Positions 39,669-49,997 are shown, numbered from the stretch's first letter. The stretch: 64,000 nucleotides of DNA from Candidatus Latescibacterota bacterium (GCA_965197905.1 CBDAOB010000004.1:1888001-1952000), one strand, 5' to 3'. A program made the numbers and translations. The notes: generated by a model not told the origin, from the letters alone.

Positions 39669-40942
39669 TATCGCCCGCTGCGGGCCGGTTTCCCTTTGTC
39701 TGGATGATCTTTATCGGGGCGTTAGTGGTCCGGCTGCTACACCTGTATTTGGGCGACGCCGTGCCGCCACAGGACACCTCAGATTACGATGAGATCGCCG
39801 CCAACCTGATCAGCGGGGATGGGTTTGTGTCGCGGGGAAACTGGTTCGGCTACGACATGCGCTCATGGAGAGCGCCGTTCTACCCGATCTTTCTGGCCGT
39901 GGTTTACGGGCTCTTCGGTCACAGCCATCTCGCCGTCCAACTCCTCCAGTGTGGGGTGGGGGCGGCGACTGCCGTTTTGGTGTATCGCTGCGCCAGCTTG
40001 ATCCGCCCGGCCACGGCAGGGGGGGTGGGGTTGTTGAGCATCGCCTACGGCCCCTTGGTCGGGGTGTCGAGTGAGGTGATGACCGAAACCTGGTTCGTGT
40101 TCTGGGTCGTTCTCGCCGTCTACCTTCTGCTCCAGGTGCTGCTTGTCGAGGGGTCGAATAGGTGGCTCTCGTGGGCGGCGGGGGCCGCGGTCGGAATGTC
40201 CGCTTTGACCCGCCCAGAGGGGATCATGATCTGGGCGGCCTTCGGAATTACCGCGATCTGGCAGCTAAGACATCGGGGGGCCGTATTGGCCTCGTGGACA
40301 GGGGTTGCCCTGGTTTTGGCCGTGTTGCCCTGGTCCATCCGCAACTATGTCATACACGAGTCTTTTGTGCCCATCACCACCCACGGCGGGTTTATCCTTG
40401 CGCGCAGCCACGCTCCGACTCCGGGCTGGAAGCAAGAAAATGGGTGGGGTATCGAGAAGCGGGTCTTTGACCAGATACCGTCGGAGGCGGAGCGGGACCG
40501 CTACTGGAGGGTGCAAGGATGGACCCATATCCGTTCCCACCCCGGGAGGTATCTACGTCATTCGGCGGAGCGCTTCCTGCGCTTCTGGTATTTCTTTCGA
40601 CCCGGCTACAACCTTTGGTTCATGATCGTATTGCCCCTCTTTCTGGCCGGTGCGATCAGGCTGGGCGGGCGTCCCGAATTCCGGCTGATCGGCGTTTACA
40701 TACTTCTATCCGTATTTCTTTACACCTTTATTTTGTACGGATCGACCCGGTTCCGGCTGCCGTTAGAGCCTTTCTTCCTGGTGTTTGCCGGCGCCTATGT
40801 ATCGCAGTTGGCGCAGCGAACTCGCAAAGGCGCGTCTCTATTGGTCGTCGCCATCGTTGCCATAAATATCCTATTTTATGCGATCCAGGATCCGCTGCGC
40901 AGCGCCGTCCTTTCGGTTCTTTCCGCAGGGAATCTGAAGTGA
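39665..40942 (+). CDS. GT-C (ArnT/PMT-like) membrane glycosyltransferase
   Basis: D..DYDEIA.NL..G.G, RAPFYPIFLA, MTET, LTRP, PW.IRNY, RFRLPLEP. Confidence 0.78.
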   Translation: MISPAAGRFPFVWMIFIGALVVRLLHLYLGDAVPPQDTSDYDEIAANLISGDGFVSRGNWFGYDMRSWRAPFYPIFLAVVYGLFGHSHLAVQLLQCGVGAATAVLVYRCASLIRPATAGGVGLLSIAYGPLVGVSSEVMTETWFVFWVVLAVYLLLQVLLVEGSNRWLSWAAGAAVGMSALTRPEGIMIWAAFGITAIWQLRHRGAVLASWTGVALVLAVLPWSIRNYVIHESFVPITTHGGFILARSHAPTPGWKQENGWGIEKRVFDQIPSEAERDRYWRVQGWTHIRSHPGRYLRHSAERFLRFWYFFRPGYNLWFMIVLPLFLAGAIRLGGRPEFRLIGVYILLSVFLYTFILYGSTRFRLPLEPFFLVFAGAYVSQLAQRTRKGASLLVVAIVAINILFYAIQDPLRSAVLSVLSAGNLK

Positions 40943-41913
40943 CCAACGAAGCTCGACCGCCACTCTCCATCTGCATCTTGAGTTGGAATACGAGCGACCT
41001 GCTGCGCGCCTGCCTGCAGTCCATTTACGCGGACCCGCAATCCGGTGAGTGGGAAGTGGTGGTGGTAGACAACAACTCCGGCGATCAAAGCCCCGCCATG
41101 GTGACCTCCGGTTTTCCCCAGGTGCGGCTGGTGCTCAATCCGTCGAACCTTGGTTTTGCCGCGGGAAACAATCGCGCCATGGAGGCAGCGCGGGGGGACC
41201 ACCTCCTCTTGCTCAATTCAGACACCCGTGTGGAACCCGGAGCGCTGGGTCGCATGGCGGACTTTTTGAGCGCCAACCCCGAGGTGGGCGCCGTCGGGCC
41301 CAAGCTCCTGTCCGAAGATGGATCGCTGCAGCTTTCGTGCGGCATAAGACCCAGTCTCCTCAGTGAGTTTGTCAACAAAATGCTGTTGCATAACTTGTTT
41401 CCCTTCTATAAATTAGGCCGCTGGCACCACCGTGAGACCCGCGATGTGGACTGGGTGATGGGCGCCTGTTTGCTGGTGCGCCGGCAGGTCGTGGAGGAGG
41501 TCGGCGGGCTCGATCCGGCCATTTTCATGTATCACGAGGATCTCGACTGGTGCCTGCGGATCCGCGACTCCGGTTGGCGGATCTCCTACTTTCCCTTCAG
41601 CAGCATCCACCACCTACGCGGTGGGAGCACTCGGCAGAACCTCAGGAACATGCTCGTCGTCAGTCAACGGAGTCTCTACTTCCTGTTTGCCAAACATTTC
41701 GGCAAGGGCCATGTGTTCATTCTAAGGTTTCTCACGCTGATCGAAATGGCGCTGCGCGCAACGGTCTGGATGCTGTGCTCGATCCTGTCCCACCGACGTC
41801 GGCAAGAGGGTCATCAGCGTTTGCACGCCTATCGCGAGATATTCTGGAGAAGCCTGTTCGATCGGGGATATTGGTTGCCAACGGGTGACACGACGGAATC
41901 TCAGGCGAGCTGA
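40939..41913 (+). CDS. GT2-family glycosyltransferase
   Basis: VVDNNSGDQS, NLGFAAGNN, LLNSDT, FMYHEDLDWC; GTG at 40939 overlaps the upstream stop. Confidence 0.9.
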   Translation: MTNEARPPLSICILSWNTSDLLRACLQSIYADPQSGEWEVVVVDNNSGDQSPAMVTSGFPQVRLVLNPSNLGFAAGNNRAMEAARGDHLLLLNSDTRVEPGALGRMADFLSANPEVGAVGPKLLSEDGSLQLSCGIRPSLLSEFVNKMLLHNLFPFYKLGRWHHRETRDVDWVMGACLLVRRQVVEEVGGLDPAIFMYHEDLDWCLRIRDSGWRISYFPFSSIHHLRGGSTRQNLRNMLVVSQRSLYFLFAKHFGKGHVFILRFLTLIEMALRATVWMLCSILSHRRRQEGHQRLHAYREIFWRSLFDRGYWLPTGDTTESQAS

Positions 41914-41918
41914 TCTCT

Positions 41919-43073
41919 ATGAGCGAGCGCATTCAATTGTTCAAACCCTGGATGGGGAGCGAGGAGTATGAGGCCCTCCGCGAGCCGCTGGAGACCGGCT
42001 GGATCGGCAGCGGTCCCAAGGTGATCGAGTTCGAGCGGCGGTTCGCCGGGTACATCGGCGTGAAACATGCCGTGGCGCTCAACTCTGGAACCGCCGCGCT
42101 GCATTTGGCGATGTTGGTCGCCGGTGTGGACGGGGGTGAAGTGCTGACAACCCCCATGACCTTTGTCTCCAGCAACCACTGCATCCTGCATGCCGGCGGC
42201 GAGCCGGTCTTCTGCGACATCGAGCCGGACACCTTGAACTTGGCCATCGAAGGGCTGGAGGCATCCATCACCAAGCGTACGCGGGCGATTCTCGCGGTCC
42301 ACTACGGTGGTCACCCCTGTGACATGGATCCGATCTTGGAGATCGCCGCTCGCCACGGTCTACAGGTGATCGAGGACGCCGCGCAGGGCTGTGGCGGCAG
42401 CTATCGCGACCACAGGCTGGGCAGCTTGGGGGATATCGGCTGCTTCAGCTTCGACTCGCGAAAGAATCTGTCCACTGGAGACGGCGGCATGCTGACCACC
42501 GATGACGATATCGTCGCCGAGCGCGTGCAGCGGTTAAAGTGGATGGGCATCTCCCGCGGCACCTGGGAGCGATTCAGCACCGACCGCCCCTCCTGGGACT
42601 ACGACGTGACCGAACTGGGTTTCAAGTACCTTATGAATGATATCGCCGCATCCCTGGGTTTGGTTCAACTAGCCAAGCTGGAGCGGGGTAACAGCTTGCG
42701 CCGCACCTTGCTGGAGCGCTATCGCAACGCCTTTGCGGAGGTGGAGGGCGTCGAGCTCCTAGCCACCAGGTCCTATGGCCAAAGTGCCTGCTATTGCGCC
42801 GTTATCCAAGTCAACGATCGGGACAGTATGCACGAGTTTCTCAGCAACCACGGCATCGAATCTGCGGTGCACTTTCTGCCCACCCACCTCATTCCGCTCT
42901 ACCAGAAATACAACCGAGGCCGTCTTCCGGTGGCCGACGCCATATGGCAACGCATCCTTACTATCCCGTTGTTTCCGGATCTTACGGCTGACCAGCAGGA
43001 ACGTGTGGTCGAGATCATCAGGCGCTCGGTGTCCAGCGAAGGAGCGTCCCGCAGTCGCGCTGTTGGAGGCTGA
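41919..43073 (+). CDS. DegT/DnrJ/EryC1/StrS sugar aminotransferase
   Basis: NSGTAALHLA, VHYGG, IEDAAQ, FSF...KNLSTGDGG (PLP Lys). Confidence 0.93.
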   Translation: MSERIQLFKPWMGSEEYEALREPLETGWIGSGPKVIEFERRFAGYIGVKHAVALNSGTAALHLAMLVAGVDGGEVLTTPMTFVSSNHCILHAGGEPVFCDIEPDTLNLAIEGLEASITKRTRAILAVHYGGHPCDMDPILEIAARHGLQVIEDAAQGCGGSYRDHRLGSLGDIGCFSFDSRKNLSTGDGGMLTTDDDIVAERVQRLKWMGISRGTWERFSTDRPSWDYDVTELGFKYLMNDIAASLGLVQLAKLERGNSLRRTLLERYRNAFAEVEGVELLATRSYGQSACYCAVIQVNDRDSMHEFLSNHGIESAVHFLPTHLIPLYQKYNRGRLPVADAIWQRILTIPLFPDLTADQQERVVEIIRRSVSSEGASRSRAVGG

Positions 43074-43103
43074 CCCGCCTGCCATTGCCGGCCCAACGCC
43101 GCA

Positions 43104-44195
43104 ATGAACGTTCTCTTCGTGACCCAGTACGGCTATCTGGCCGCCAGCAGCCGCACCCGGGTTTTCCAGTACCTGCCTCTTCTCCGCGCCCAGGGGATCA
43201 ATGCGGATGTGCTGACCGTTCTCCCCGATCTGGGGATTACCGGTTCCCAGGTCTTGGTGACGGCCAATCGCTGGCGCAAGCTTCTCTATTACTCATGGGC
43301 TGCCTGGCGCACCGTTCGCTGCGGGGTGGCGGCCTGGTGGCGGTTAGCACGGTACGACCTGCTTTTCGTCCAGAAAATCATTTTTCCCGCGCCAATTCGC
43401 TGGTTGCTGGCGCGAAACCAATCCCGCACGATTTACGATTTTGACGACGCTATCTTCACCACTGAGGTGCGCCGCTCGAACTGGCTTTCGGTCTGGAAGG
43501 AGCGGCGCAACGCCGCGGGCCTGCCGGCGGTGCTGCGCATGGCAGATCGGGTCCTGGTGGAGAACGAATATACCCGTGAATATGCGGCTCGATTCTGTTC
43601 CAGCGTCGATATCATTACCGGGCCGATCGATACCCGCCGATTCGTTCGTTCTGGATCCCCCAATGGCGAGCGGACGGTGCTCGGTTGGATCGGGAGCGCG
43701 ACGACCTTGCCCTACCTGGAGCAGATCGCCGAAACCTTACGCCAGCTGAGTACGCGGCACGAAGGGATCTGCCTGCGCATCGTGGGAGCCTCGGGAATCA
43801 GTATTGAAGGTCTCAAGGTCGAATCCACGCCATGGTCGCTAGACACCGAGGTGGAGGAGCTCAGTCGTTTCCACATCGGTCTGATGCCTTTGCCCGATGA
43901 CCCTTGGACCCGGGGAAAAGGGGGCTACAAGCTGCTCCAGTACATGTCGATGGGTTTACCGGTGGTCAGCAGCCCGGTGGGTATCAACAGTCGCCTGGTG
44001 AGCCATGGTCACAACGGCTTCCTGGCGGCGGACTGTGGCGAATGGCTCGAATACCTCGGGCAGCTCATCGAGAATCCCCAACTGCGCCGGGGTATGGGTG
44101 CCAACGGACGTGCCACCGTCGAGCGGGAATATTCCCTGGAGACCAGCAGTGCGCTGTTGGTGCGCCTTATGCGGGAGACGGCGCGCCCATCGTGA
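43104..44195 (+). CDS. GT4-family glycosyltransferase
   Basis: ASSRTRVFQY, YDFDDAI, GWIGS, GKGGYKLLQYM..GLPVV.SPVG. Confidence 0.9.
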   Translation: MNVLFVTQYGYLAASSRTRVFQYLPLLRAQGINADVLTVLPDLGITGSQVLVTANRWRKLLYYSWAAWRTVRCGVAAWWRLARYDLLFVQKIIFPAPIRWLLARNQSRTIYDFDDAIFTTEVRRSNWLSVWKERRNAAGLPAVLRMADRVLVENEYTREYAARFCSSVDIITGPIDTRRFVRSGSPNGERTVLGWIGSATTLPYLEQIAETLRQLSTRHEGICLRIVGASGISIEGLKVESTPWSLDTEVEELSRFHIGLMPLPDDPWTRGKGGYKLLQYMSMGLPVVSSPVGINSRLVSHGHNGFLAADCGEWLEYLGQLIENPQLRRGMGANGRATVEREYSLETSSALLVRLMRETARPS

Positions 44196-45040
44196 CTCTC
44201 GCTCCGCCCCCCATCGAGAACGCCTTCACCGTCGACCTGGAGGACTGGTACCAGGGGTTGGAGATCGATGTCCGGGAATGGGGCCGGTTCGAAGACCGCA
44301 TTCACGTAGGTACTGAGAAACTGCTCGACTTGCTGGCGGCAGCTCGGGTAAAAGCCACCTTCTTTGTGCTCGGGCACGTCGCCGAACACCACGCCGACCT
44401 GGTGCGCAGCGTCCATGCTGCCGGACACGAAATCGGCACCCATGGCTATGCCCACCAGTTTGTCTACCGTCTTGGAAGGGAGGCGTTCAAAAAGGATCTG
44501 CTCTTATCGCTGGAGAAGCTGGATCGAGCCGTGGGGACCTCGGTGGCGGGACACCGAGCGCCGTTTTTCTCCATCACCGCCGACGCCGACTGGGCGTTCG
44601 ATGTGCTGGCAGATTGCGGATTGACCTACGATTCGAGCGTCTTTCCTGTTCGCAACTACCGATACGGCATCCCCGGTGCCTCGAGATGGCCGTTTGAGGT
44701 CCGCGCCGGCCTCACCGAGGTTCCTCTTTCCACCCTGTGCGCGGCGGGGCGGAAAATCCCTTTGGGAGGTGGTGCCTATTTCCGTATATTCCCGTATGCT
44801 GTAACCCGATACGGACTCCGTCAAATTAACGCAAGTGGTAATGCAGCAATATTTTACATCCATCCTTGGGAGCTTGATCTGGAGCATCCGCGAGTCGACC
44901 TGCCGCGGCGGATCGGGGTCACCCACTACTGGAACCTGGCCGCCTCGACAGGCCGATTGCGCCGACTACTGGCCGAATTCCGTTTTACGACCATGGCTGC
45001 CGTACTCGAGCGCTGGCAGGAGTCACAGCGACCATCGTGA
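44192..45040 (+). CDS. Polysaccharide deacetylase (PEP-CTERM/XrtA-locus-like subfamily)
   Basis: NAFTVDLEDWY, ATFFVLG, HEIGTHG..H, RAPFFSI, YDSSVFP, GGGAYFR, HPWELD. Confidence 0.9.
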   Translation: MTLAPPPIENAFTVDLEDWYQGLEIDVREWGRFEDRIHVGTEKLLDLLAAARVKATFFVLGHVAEHHADLVRSVHAAGHEIGTHGYAHQFVYRLGREAFKKDLLLSLEKLDRAVGTSVAGHRAPFFSITADADWAFDVLADCGLTYDSSVFPVRNYRYGIPGASRWPFEVRAGLTEVPLSTLCAAGRKIPLGGGAYFRIFPYAVTRYGLRQINASGNAAIFYIHPWELDLEHPRVDLPRRIGVTHYWNLAASTGRLRRLLAEFRFTTMAAVLERWQESQRPS

Positions 45041-45693
45041 CGCAAGCTGAGCAGGTTCGAAGTTTCTTCGACAATGAGGCGGAACGGTTCCAGGCAATCT
45101 ATTCCCGCGAGAAAACAGTATCACGCCGGCTGGTCGACTTTCTGTTCCGCCGTGTCGTCCACCAGCGTTTTCAGCTAACACTGGACCTGTGCGGCTCTGT
45201 CGCGGGGAAAAAGATCCTCGACATCGGATGTGGTCCAGGAAATTACTGCGTTGAGTTCGCGCGTCGTGGTGCAGAGGTCGTCGGGTTGGATTTCTCCCCA
45301 GTCATGGTTGAAAGGGCGCAGTCGGCGGCGGATGAAGCTGGGGTGGGGGAGAGCTGTGTCTTCGAGGTGTGCGATTTTCTTCATTGGCGTGAGCCACATC
45401 ACTTCGATATTTCCCTGGCTATCGGTCTTTTTGACTATATCAGTGATCCCGCGGCGTTCCTGCGCAAAATTTGCACGCTTACTCGGGATCAGCTGGTGCT
45501 GAGTTTTCCAAAACGGTGGACTTCACGTACGTTTAGCCGCCGGTTACGATTGCGGATGCGCGGATGCCCGGTCTTCTTCTATTCCGAGACGGACATCGTG
45601 CGCTTGCTCAAATGCGCGGATTGGAGCAGACTTGATGTGCATCGGCTGAGCCGGGATTTTCTGGTTCACGGTGGGGAAGGACCCAAAGGGTAG
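45037..45693 (+). CDS. Class I SAM-dependent methyltransferase
   Basis: ILDIGCGPG, GLDFSP.M, GLFDY. Confidence 0.88.
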   Translation: MTQAEQVRSFFDNEAERFQAIYSREKTVSRRLVDFLFRRVVHQRFQLTLDLCGSVAGKKILDIGCGPGNYCVEFARRGAEVVGLDFSPVMVERAQSAADEAGVGESCVFEVCDFLHWREPHHFDISLAIGLFDYISDPAAFLRKICTLTRDQLVLSFPKRWTSRTFSRRLRLRMRGCPVFFYSETDIVRLLKCADWSRLDVHRLSRDFLVHGGEGPKG

Positions 45694-45708
45694 AATGGCA
45701 ATCCTGAT

Positions 45709-46674
45709 ATGAAAGTACTGATTACGGGTGGGGCGGGGTTTGTCGGTTCTCATCTGTCCGAGCGTCACCTCAATATGGGAGACGAGGTGTCGATCATCGA
45801 CAATCTCTCAACCGGGATGATGAGCAATATCCACCACTTGGAAGCCAATCCAAGATTCAGCTGTCTCATCGACGACGTGCTCAATGTAGAGGTAATGCAG
45901 GAATTGGTCGGCGAGTGCGACCTCATCTACCATCTGGCCGCGGCAGTGGGGGTCAACTTTATCATCGACAATCCGCTGTTGTCGCTCACCACTAACATTA
46001 GGGGCACGGAGATCGTTCTCGAGTTGGCCAATGAGAACAAAAAGAAAGTAATCCTTGCTTCCACCTCAGAGATCTACGGCAAAAAGAACGGGCACGTTCC
46101 GTTTCGCGAAGACAGCGACCGGATTCTTGGTCCGACCACCATCATCCGCTGGCACTACTCTACATCGAAAGCGGTGGACGAGCTGTTCGCACAGGCTTAC
46201 TGGCGCGAGAAACGACTCCCCTGCGTCATCGTGCGCCCCTTCAACATCATCGGTCCCCGTCAGACCGGTGACTACGGCATGGTGGTGCCCCGGTTCATTA
46301 AACAGGCACTTCTGGGTCACCCTATCACGGTTTTCGGTGACGGCGAACAACGCCGATGCTGGACCTTCATCGACGACGCGCTGGACGGGTTGGTGGCGCT
46401 GGCCAACTCCGACAAAGCGGTGGGGGAGATCTTCAATCTGGGTTCAAATTTTGAGATCAGCATCAAGGATCTCGCCTACAAAATCAGGGAGTTGACGGGG
46501 AGCCATTCCGAGGTTGAATTCATTCCGTACGAGCAAGCGTGGCCAAAGGGCACCTACGAAGATCTGATATACCGGGCACCGGATCTGGAGAAGATTCGCA
46601 ATTGCGTCGGGTATGACCCGAAGGTAGACCTGGATGATGCCCTTTCCCGGATCATTGCCGACTACGAACGCTGA
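45709..46674 (+). CDS. NAD-dependent nucleotide-sugar epimerase/dehydratase
   Basis: TGGAGFVGSH, HLAAAVGV, STSEIYGK, YSTSK, GPRQ.G.YGMVVPRF. Confidence 0.92.
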   Translation: MKVLITGGAGFVGSHLSERHLNMGDEVSIIDNLSTGMMSNIHHLEANPRFSCLIDDVLNVEVMQELVGECDLIYHLAAAVGVNFIIDNPLLSLTTNIRGTEIVLELANENKKKVILASTSEIYGKKNGHVPFREDSDRILGPTTIIRWHYSTSKAVDELFAQAYWREKRLPCVIVRPFNIIGPRQTGDYGMVVPRFIKQALLGHPITVFGDGEQRRCWTFIDDALDGLVALANSDKAVGEIFNLGSNFEISIKDLAYKIRELTGSHSEVEFIPYEQAWPKGTYEDLIYRAPDLEKIRNCVGYDPKVDLDDALSRIIADYER

Positions 46675-46696
46675 TTCTTGCCGCTTGGTTTCGCCC

Positions 46697-47197
46697 TTAC
46701 CCCAGTGCCTTGAGCAGGCGTGGAACCACAAACCACTGCATCCAAGCTCGATTTTTGCCGATCTCCGTCCAGCTGTCGGCATCGACGGACAAGGCCGCAA
46801 TCGCTGCCGTGGGCAGGTGCAACGCGCAGCCACACAGCCTCGAGAGACACGACTCCAGTCCAGGATTGTGAGCGATGACCATCAGCGAGTCCACGCTCGC
46901 CTCGATCCGGCGAACGCACGACAGCAGGTCATCCGCGGACGCGAGGTAGAGATCGTCCTCAAAAACGGTATGGTCGTCGGACAATCCCAACAGTTTGCCC
47001 ATGATCGTGGTTGTTTCCCTGGCTCGCAGTGCGGTTGAGCTCAATATGCGGGCGGGAACGGCTTCGTAAACCGTCAGCAGACGCGCCATGCGCGGCACGT
47101 CCTTGCGACCACGACCGTTTAAGGGACGGTGAAAATCGTCGGGGATGTCGGGTGGATAGTCCGATTTGGCATGGCGCATGATCAACAAACTTTTCAT
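46697..47197 (-). CDS. sixA: SixA-type phosphohistidine phosphatase
   Basis: MRHAKS, RPLN.RG, SSTA.RA.ET, IAHNPG. Confidence 0.85.
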   Translation of the reverse strand: MKSLLIMRHAKSDYPPDIPDDFHRPLNGRGRKDVPRMARLLTVYEAVPARILSSTALRARETTTIMGKLLGLSDDHTVFEDDLYLASADDLLSCVRRIEASVDSLMVIAHNPGLESCLSRLCGCALHLPTAAIAALSVDADSWTEIGKNRAWMQWFVVPRLLKALG

Positions 47198-47420
47198 AAC
47201 GGCCAACTCTGTTTCGTGTGGTTTGCGGACCTGACTGGAGTCTGAGAGCCCGCGGCAAAAGCCATTTGGCTGCGGCCGGGTCTTGCTGGCCGCTGTCCAA
47301 AGCGCTTTTCACCACGGGCTCCTGGGTTGCGTGGCCCCAAGCCGGGTGGTATTTTATCTCAGCCTCTCCTCCCGAAAAAGTAACGCGGTCTCACAGATTT
47401 CGCCTATCGGAGACGATTGC

Positions 47421-48491
47421 ATGGCAGCCCTGCCCATAGAAGTTACCCTGGCCATTACGCCGCGGTCGAGATTCGAAATCATCGATGTCTCCGAGAAGAT
47501 CGAGCAGGAGCTGGGCAAAGATCTGGGTGGATTTCGCAAGGCGCAGTACTGTTCGTTGCACACCACGGCCGGATATCTCGAGCAAGGGGTGTGCGCGCGA
47601 CTGGGACACAGTCGCCGGCAGCTGGATCCGTTTTTCAGACTCATTCAGCGGATTTTTCCTCCGGATGCGGGGTATTCTCACGATCGCATCCAGCTCAGGG
47701 AGGAACTCACCGAATGGGAGCGCGCCGTCGAACCTCCAAACGCCGATTCTCATCTTGCGTTCATCAGCGCCGGCTTGAAGAACTGTGTGACCTATATCCA
47801 CAAACGTCTGCAACCGGTTTATTTCATCGAGCTCGACGGCATCTACAAAGATCGACGGCGCGAACGCAAGACCGCCATCCTGGCCTACAACGGAGCCGAA
47901 ATCGTTCACCGCGAGCGCATATCGATTCCGGTCTCGTCCAACCGTGCGATCGAATCGCTCAATCTGTCCGATGCCCGCTTCGGTCTGTTCGAGCGACTGG
48001 CCGAATGGGTCAAGGTACACGGCGTCGAGAAGGGTCGGTTCGATGTGCGACTGGCCCCCGAAGAACGCCACGTCGGATTGACGGTGAACGAGTACGAAAC
48101 CTTGCTTATGCGCAACGATCTTCCGGAGGTGCTGCGCGATCCGCTGAAGTACATGGTCGATCGCGGTCGCAAACTGCTGCGTCACCCCGGCGCCATACCT
48201 GGAAAAACCAGGGACTACGCTGCGTACGACTTGATTCACCTCTACAATGAGCTTCTGGATACAGTACCGGTGGGTCGTTGGCTGGTCGACCGGATTGTCT
48301 CCGTGCTCTCGTCCCCCGCGTCGCGGTTTCTCAGATTGAAGCGCCACATCAGCTTTCCCATCTCCAACAGCCCCGAAACCGGGCCCCAGGAGATCGTTGT
48401 GGGCCGCTACCAGAGCCCCATTCTGATCCAACACCACCCCGCCACCGACGGTACCCGCTGCCTCGACATAACGCTGCGTCGCTTCACCTAG
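47421..48491 (+). CDS. Hypothetical protein with two tandem YjbQ/UPF0047-like domains
   Basis: Domain 1: IIDVS, HTTAG, Y.HD, NADSH, ELDG..R.R; domain 2: GLTVNE, ISFPI, VGRYQ, R.LDI. Confidence 0.65.
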   Translation: MAALPIEVTLAITPRSRFEIIDVSEKIEQELGKDLGGFRKAQYCSLHTTAGYLEQGVCARLGHSRRQLDPFFRLIQRIFPPDAGYSHDRIQLREELTEWERAVEPPNADSHLAFISAGLKNCVTYIHKRLQPVYFIELDGIYKDRRRERKTAILAYNGAEIVHRERISIPVSSNRAIESLNLSDARFGLFERLAEWVKVHGVEKGRFDVRLAPEERHVGLTVNEYETLLMRNDLPEVLRDPLKYMVDRGRKLLRHPGAIPGKTRDYAAYDLIHLYNELLDTVPVGRWLVDRIVSVLSSPASRFLRLKRHISFPISNSPETGPQEIVVGRYQSPILIQHHPATDGTRCLDITLRRFT

Positions 48492-48655
48492 TGTGCTGTC
48501 GCAGAAATCTGCCAACATACAGCCGCCGATCCATCGCGATTCGCCGCGTTGACTTCGTTCGCCGTACTCCACCAGTACGGCTCGCTCAGCCGCCTTACGA
48601 ACCGCGCGCATCGACGGCCGAATTTTGTCGACTTATCTCTGCGACAGCACACTAG
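48488..48655. mobile_element. 168-bp palindromic MITE-like element
   Basis: Terminal inverted repeats CTAGTGTGCTGTCGCAGAAAT / ATCTCTGCGACAGCACACTAG (20/21), central hairpin GCCGTAC-7nt-GTACGGC at the midpoint. Confidence 0.75.
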
Positions 48656-48659
48656 CCCG

Positions 48660-49997
48660 TTGCGCGTAGATCCATCGATATTTAAGGCGTACGACATTCG
48701 CGGCACCTACCCCGATCAGTTGGATGCGGGATTGGCGCATGCCCTGGGGCGGGCATTTGCAACCTACCTGCACCCTGAGCGGGTCGTCGTCGGTCGCGAC
48801 ATGCGGTTGTCCGGTCCCCAGTTACACGCCGAGTTGCTTCTGGGTTTGCGCGAGCAAGGGGTAGACGTGCTCGACCTGGGCCAGGTAAGCACGGATCAGT
48901 ACTACTTCGCATGTGCCACCCACGAGCTGCCGGGACTCATGATTACCGCGTCGCACAACCCCCCCCACTACAACGGTTTCAAAATGGTCCGGCGCATGCC
49001 GTATCTGCTTAGTGGCGACGATGGAATCGGGGACCTGCGGCGCATCATCGAAGCAGAGTCTTATGGTCCGACGTCGAAAACCGGCACCGTGGAGACGGCC
49101 GATGTCAGCGTCGCGTTCGTCGAACGCGTCCTGAACTTGATTGATGCGAAGTCCCTGACCTCGCTTCGGGTAGTGGCCGATACCGGCAATGGCATGGTGG
49201 GACCGATCCTTGAACAGGTTTACCGGCACCTTCCCATCGACCTGGTGGGCATGAATCTGGAACCGAGCGGCAATCCCCACCACGGCTTGGACCCGATGCA
49301 GGAGGAGAACCGGATCGAACTGCAACGCCGGGTCGTGCACGAAAAGGCAGATCTGGGTTTCGCTTTCGACGGTGACGGTGACCGGTTCTTCGTGATCGAC
49401 AACCGTGGCCGGTTCGTGCCCGGCGATTTCGTCACCGCGCTTCTCGGGTGTTACATGCTGGGGAAGTGTCCCGGGGCGAAGATCGTCTATGACCTACGTT
49501 GTTCTTGGGCGGTTCGCGACACCGTCGAAGCGGCGGGAGGCACAGCGTTGATGGAGCGGGTCGGCCACGCTTTTCTGAAACCGAGGATGGCCAGTGAGGG
49601 CGCCGTCTTTGCCGGCGAGCTGAGTGGGCATTATTACTTTCGCGAGTTCTTCGGCGCTGATTCGGGCGTCGTGCCGTCCCTGTTCCTGTTGGAGATGCTC
49701 GCACTCAAGGGCCAACCCCTCTCATCCCTGCTGGCGCCGCTGGAGCAGTCGTATTTCATCACGGGGGAGATAAATTCGAGGGTGGAGGACTCCGCGGAGA
49801 AGATCGAATCCATCGCACGCACCTATGATGACGGAGTGGTCGAGCGTCTGGACGGCATATCTGTCAGCTACGACGACTGGCATTTTAATGTGCGTCCCTC
49901 CAACACCGAACCGCTGCTGCGACTGAATCTCGAAGCCCTGAATCCGACCACCATGGCGACGAGGCGAGACGAGCTCCTCGCCCATATCCGGTCCTGA
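48660..49997 (+). CDS. manB: Phosphomannomutase/phosphoglucomutase
   Basis: IFKAYDIRG, ITASHNP, FDGDGDR, GELSGH, RPSNTEP. Confidence 0.92.
   Translation: MRVDPSIFKAYDIRGTYPDQLDAGLAHALGRAFATYLHPERVVVGRDMRLSGPQLHAELLLGLREQGVDVLDLGQVSTDQYYFACATHELPGLMITASHNPPHYNGFKMVRRMPYLLSGDDGIGDLRRIIEAESYGPTSKTGTVETADVSVAFVERVLNLIDAKSLTSLRVVADTGNGMVGPILEQVYRHLPIDLVGMNLEPSGNPHHGLDPMQEENRIELQRRVVHEKADLGFAFDGDGDRFFVIDNRGRFVPGDFVTALLGCYMLGKCPGAKIVYDLRCSWAVRDTVEAAGGTALMERVGHAFLKPRMASEGAVFAGELSGHYYFREFFGADSGVVPSLFLLEMLALKGQPLSSLLAPLEQSYFITGEINSRVEDSAEKIESIARTYDDGVVERLDGISVSYDDWHFNVRPSNTEPLLRLNLEALNPTTMATRRDELLAHIRS

Noticed and set aside
40519..40938. Long N-terminal extensions in the ORF track (also at 2208, 18837, 43904, 48549, 56333, 62400)
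   Set aside because: They overlap upstream genes or elements; homology and RBS point to later starts
47391..48611. 406-aa antisense ORF over the tandem-YjbQ gene
   Set aside because: No recognisable motifs; long shadow ORFs are expected in GC-rich coding DNA
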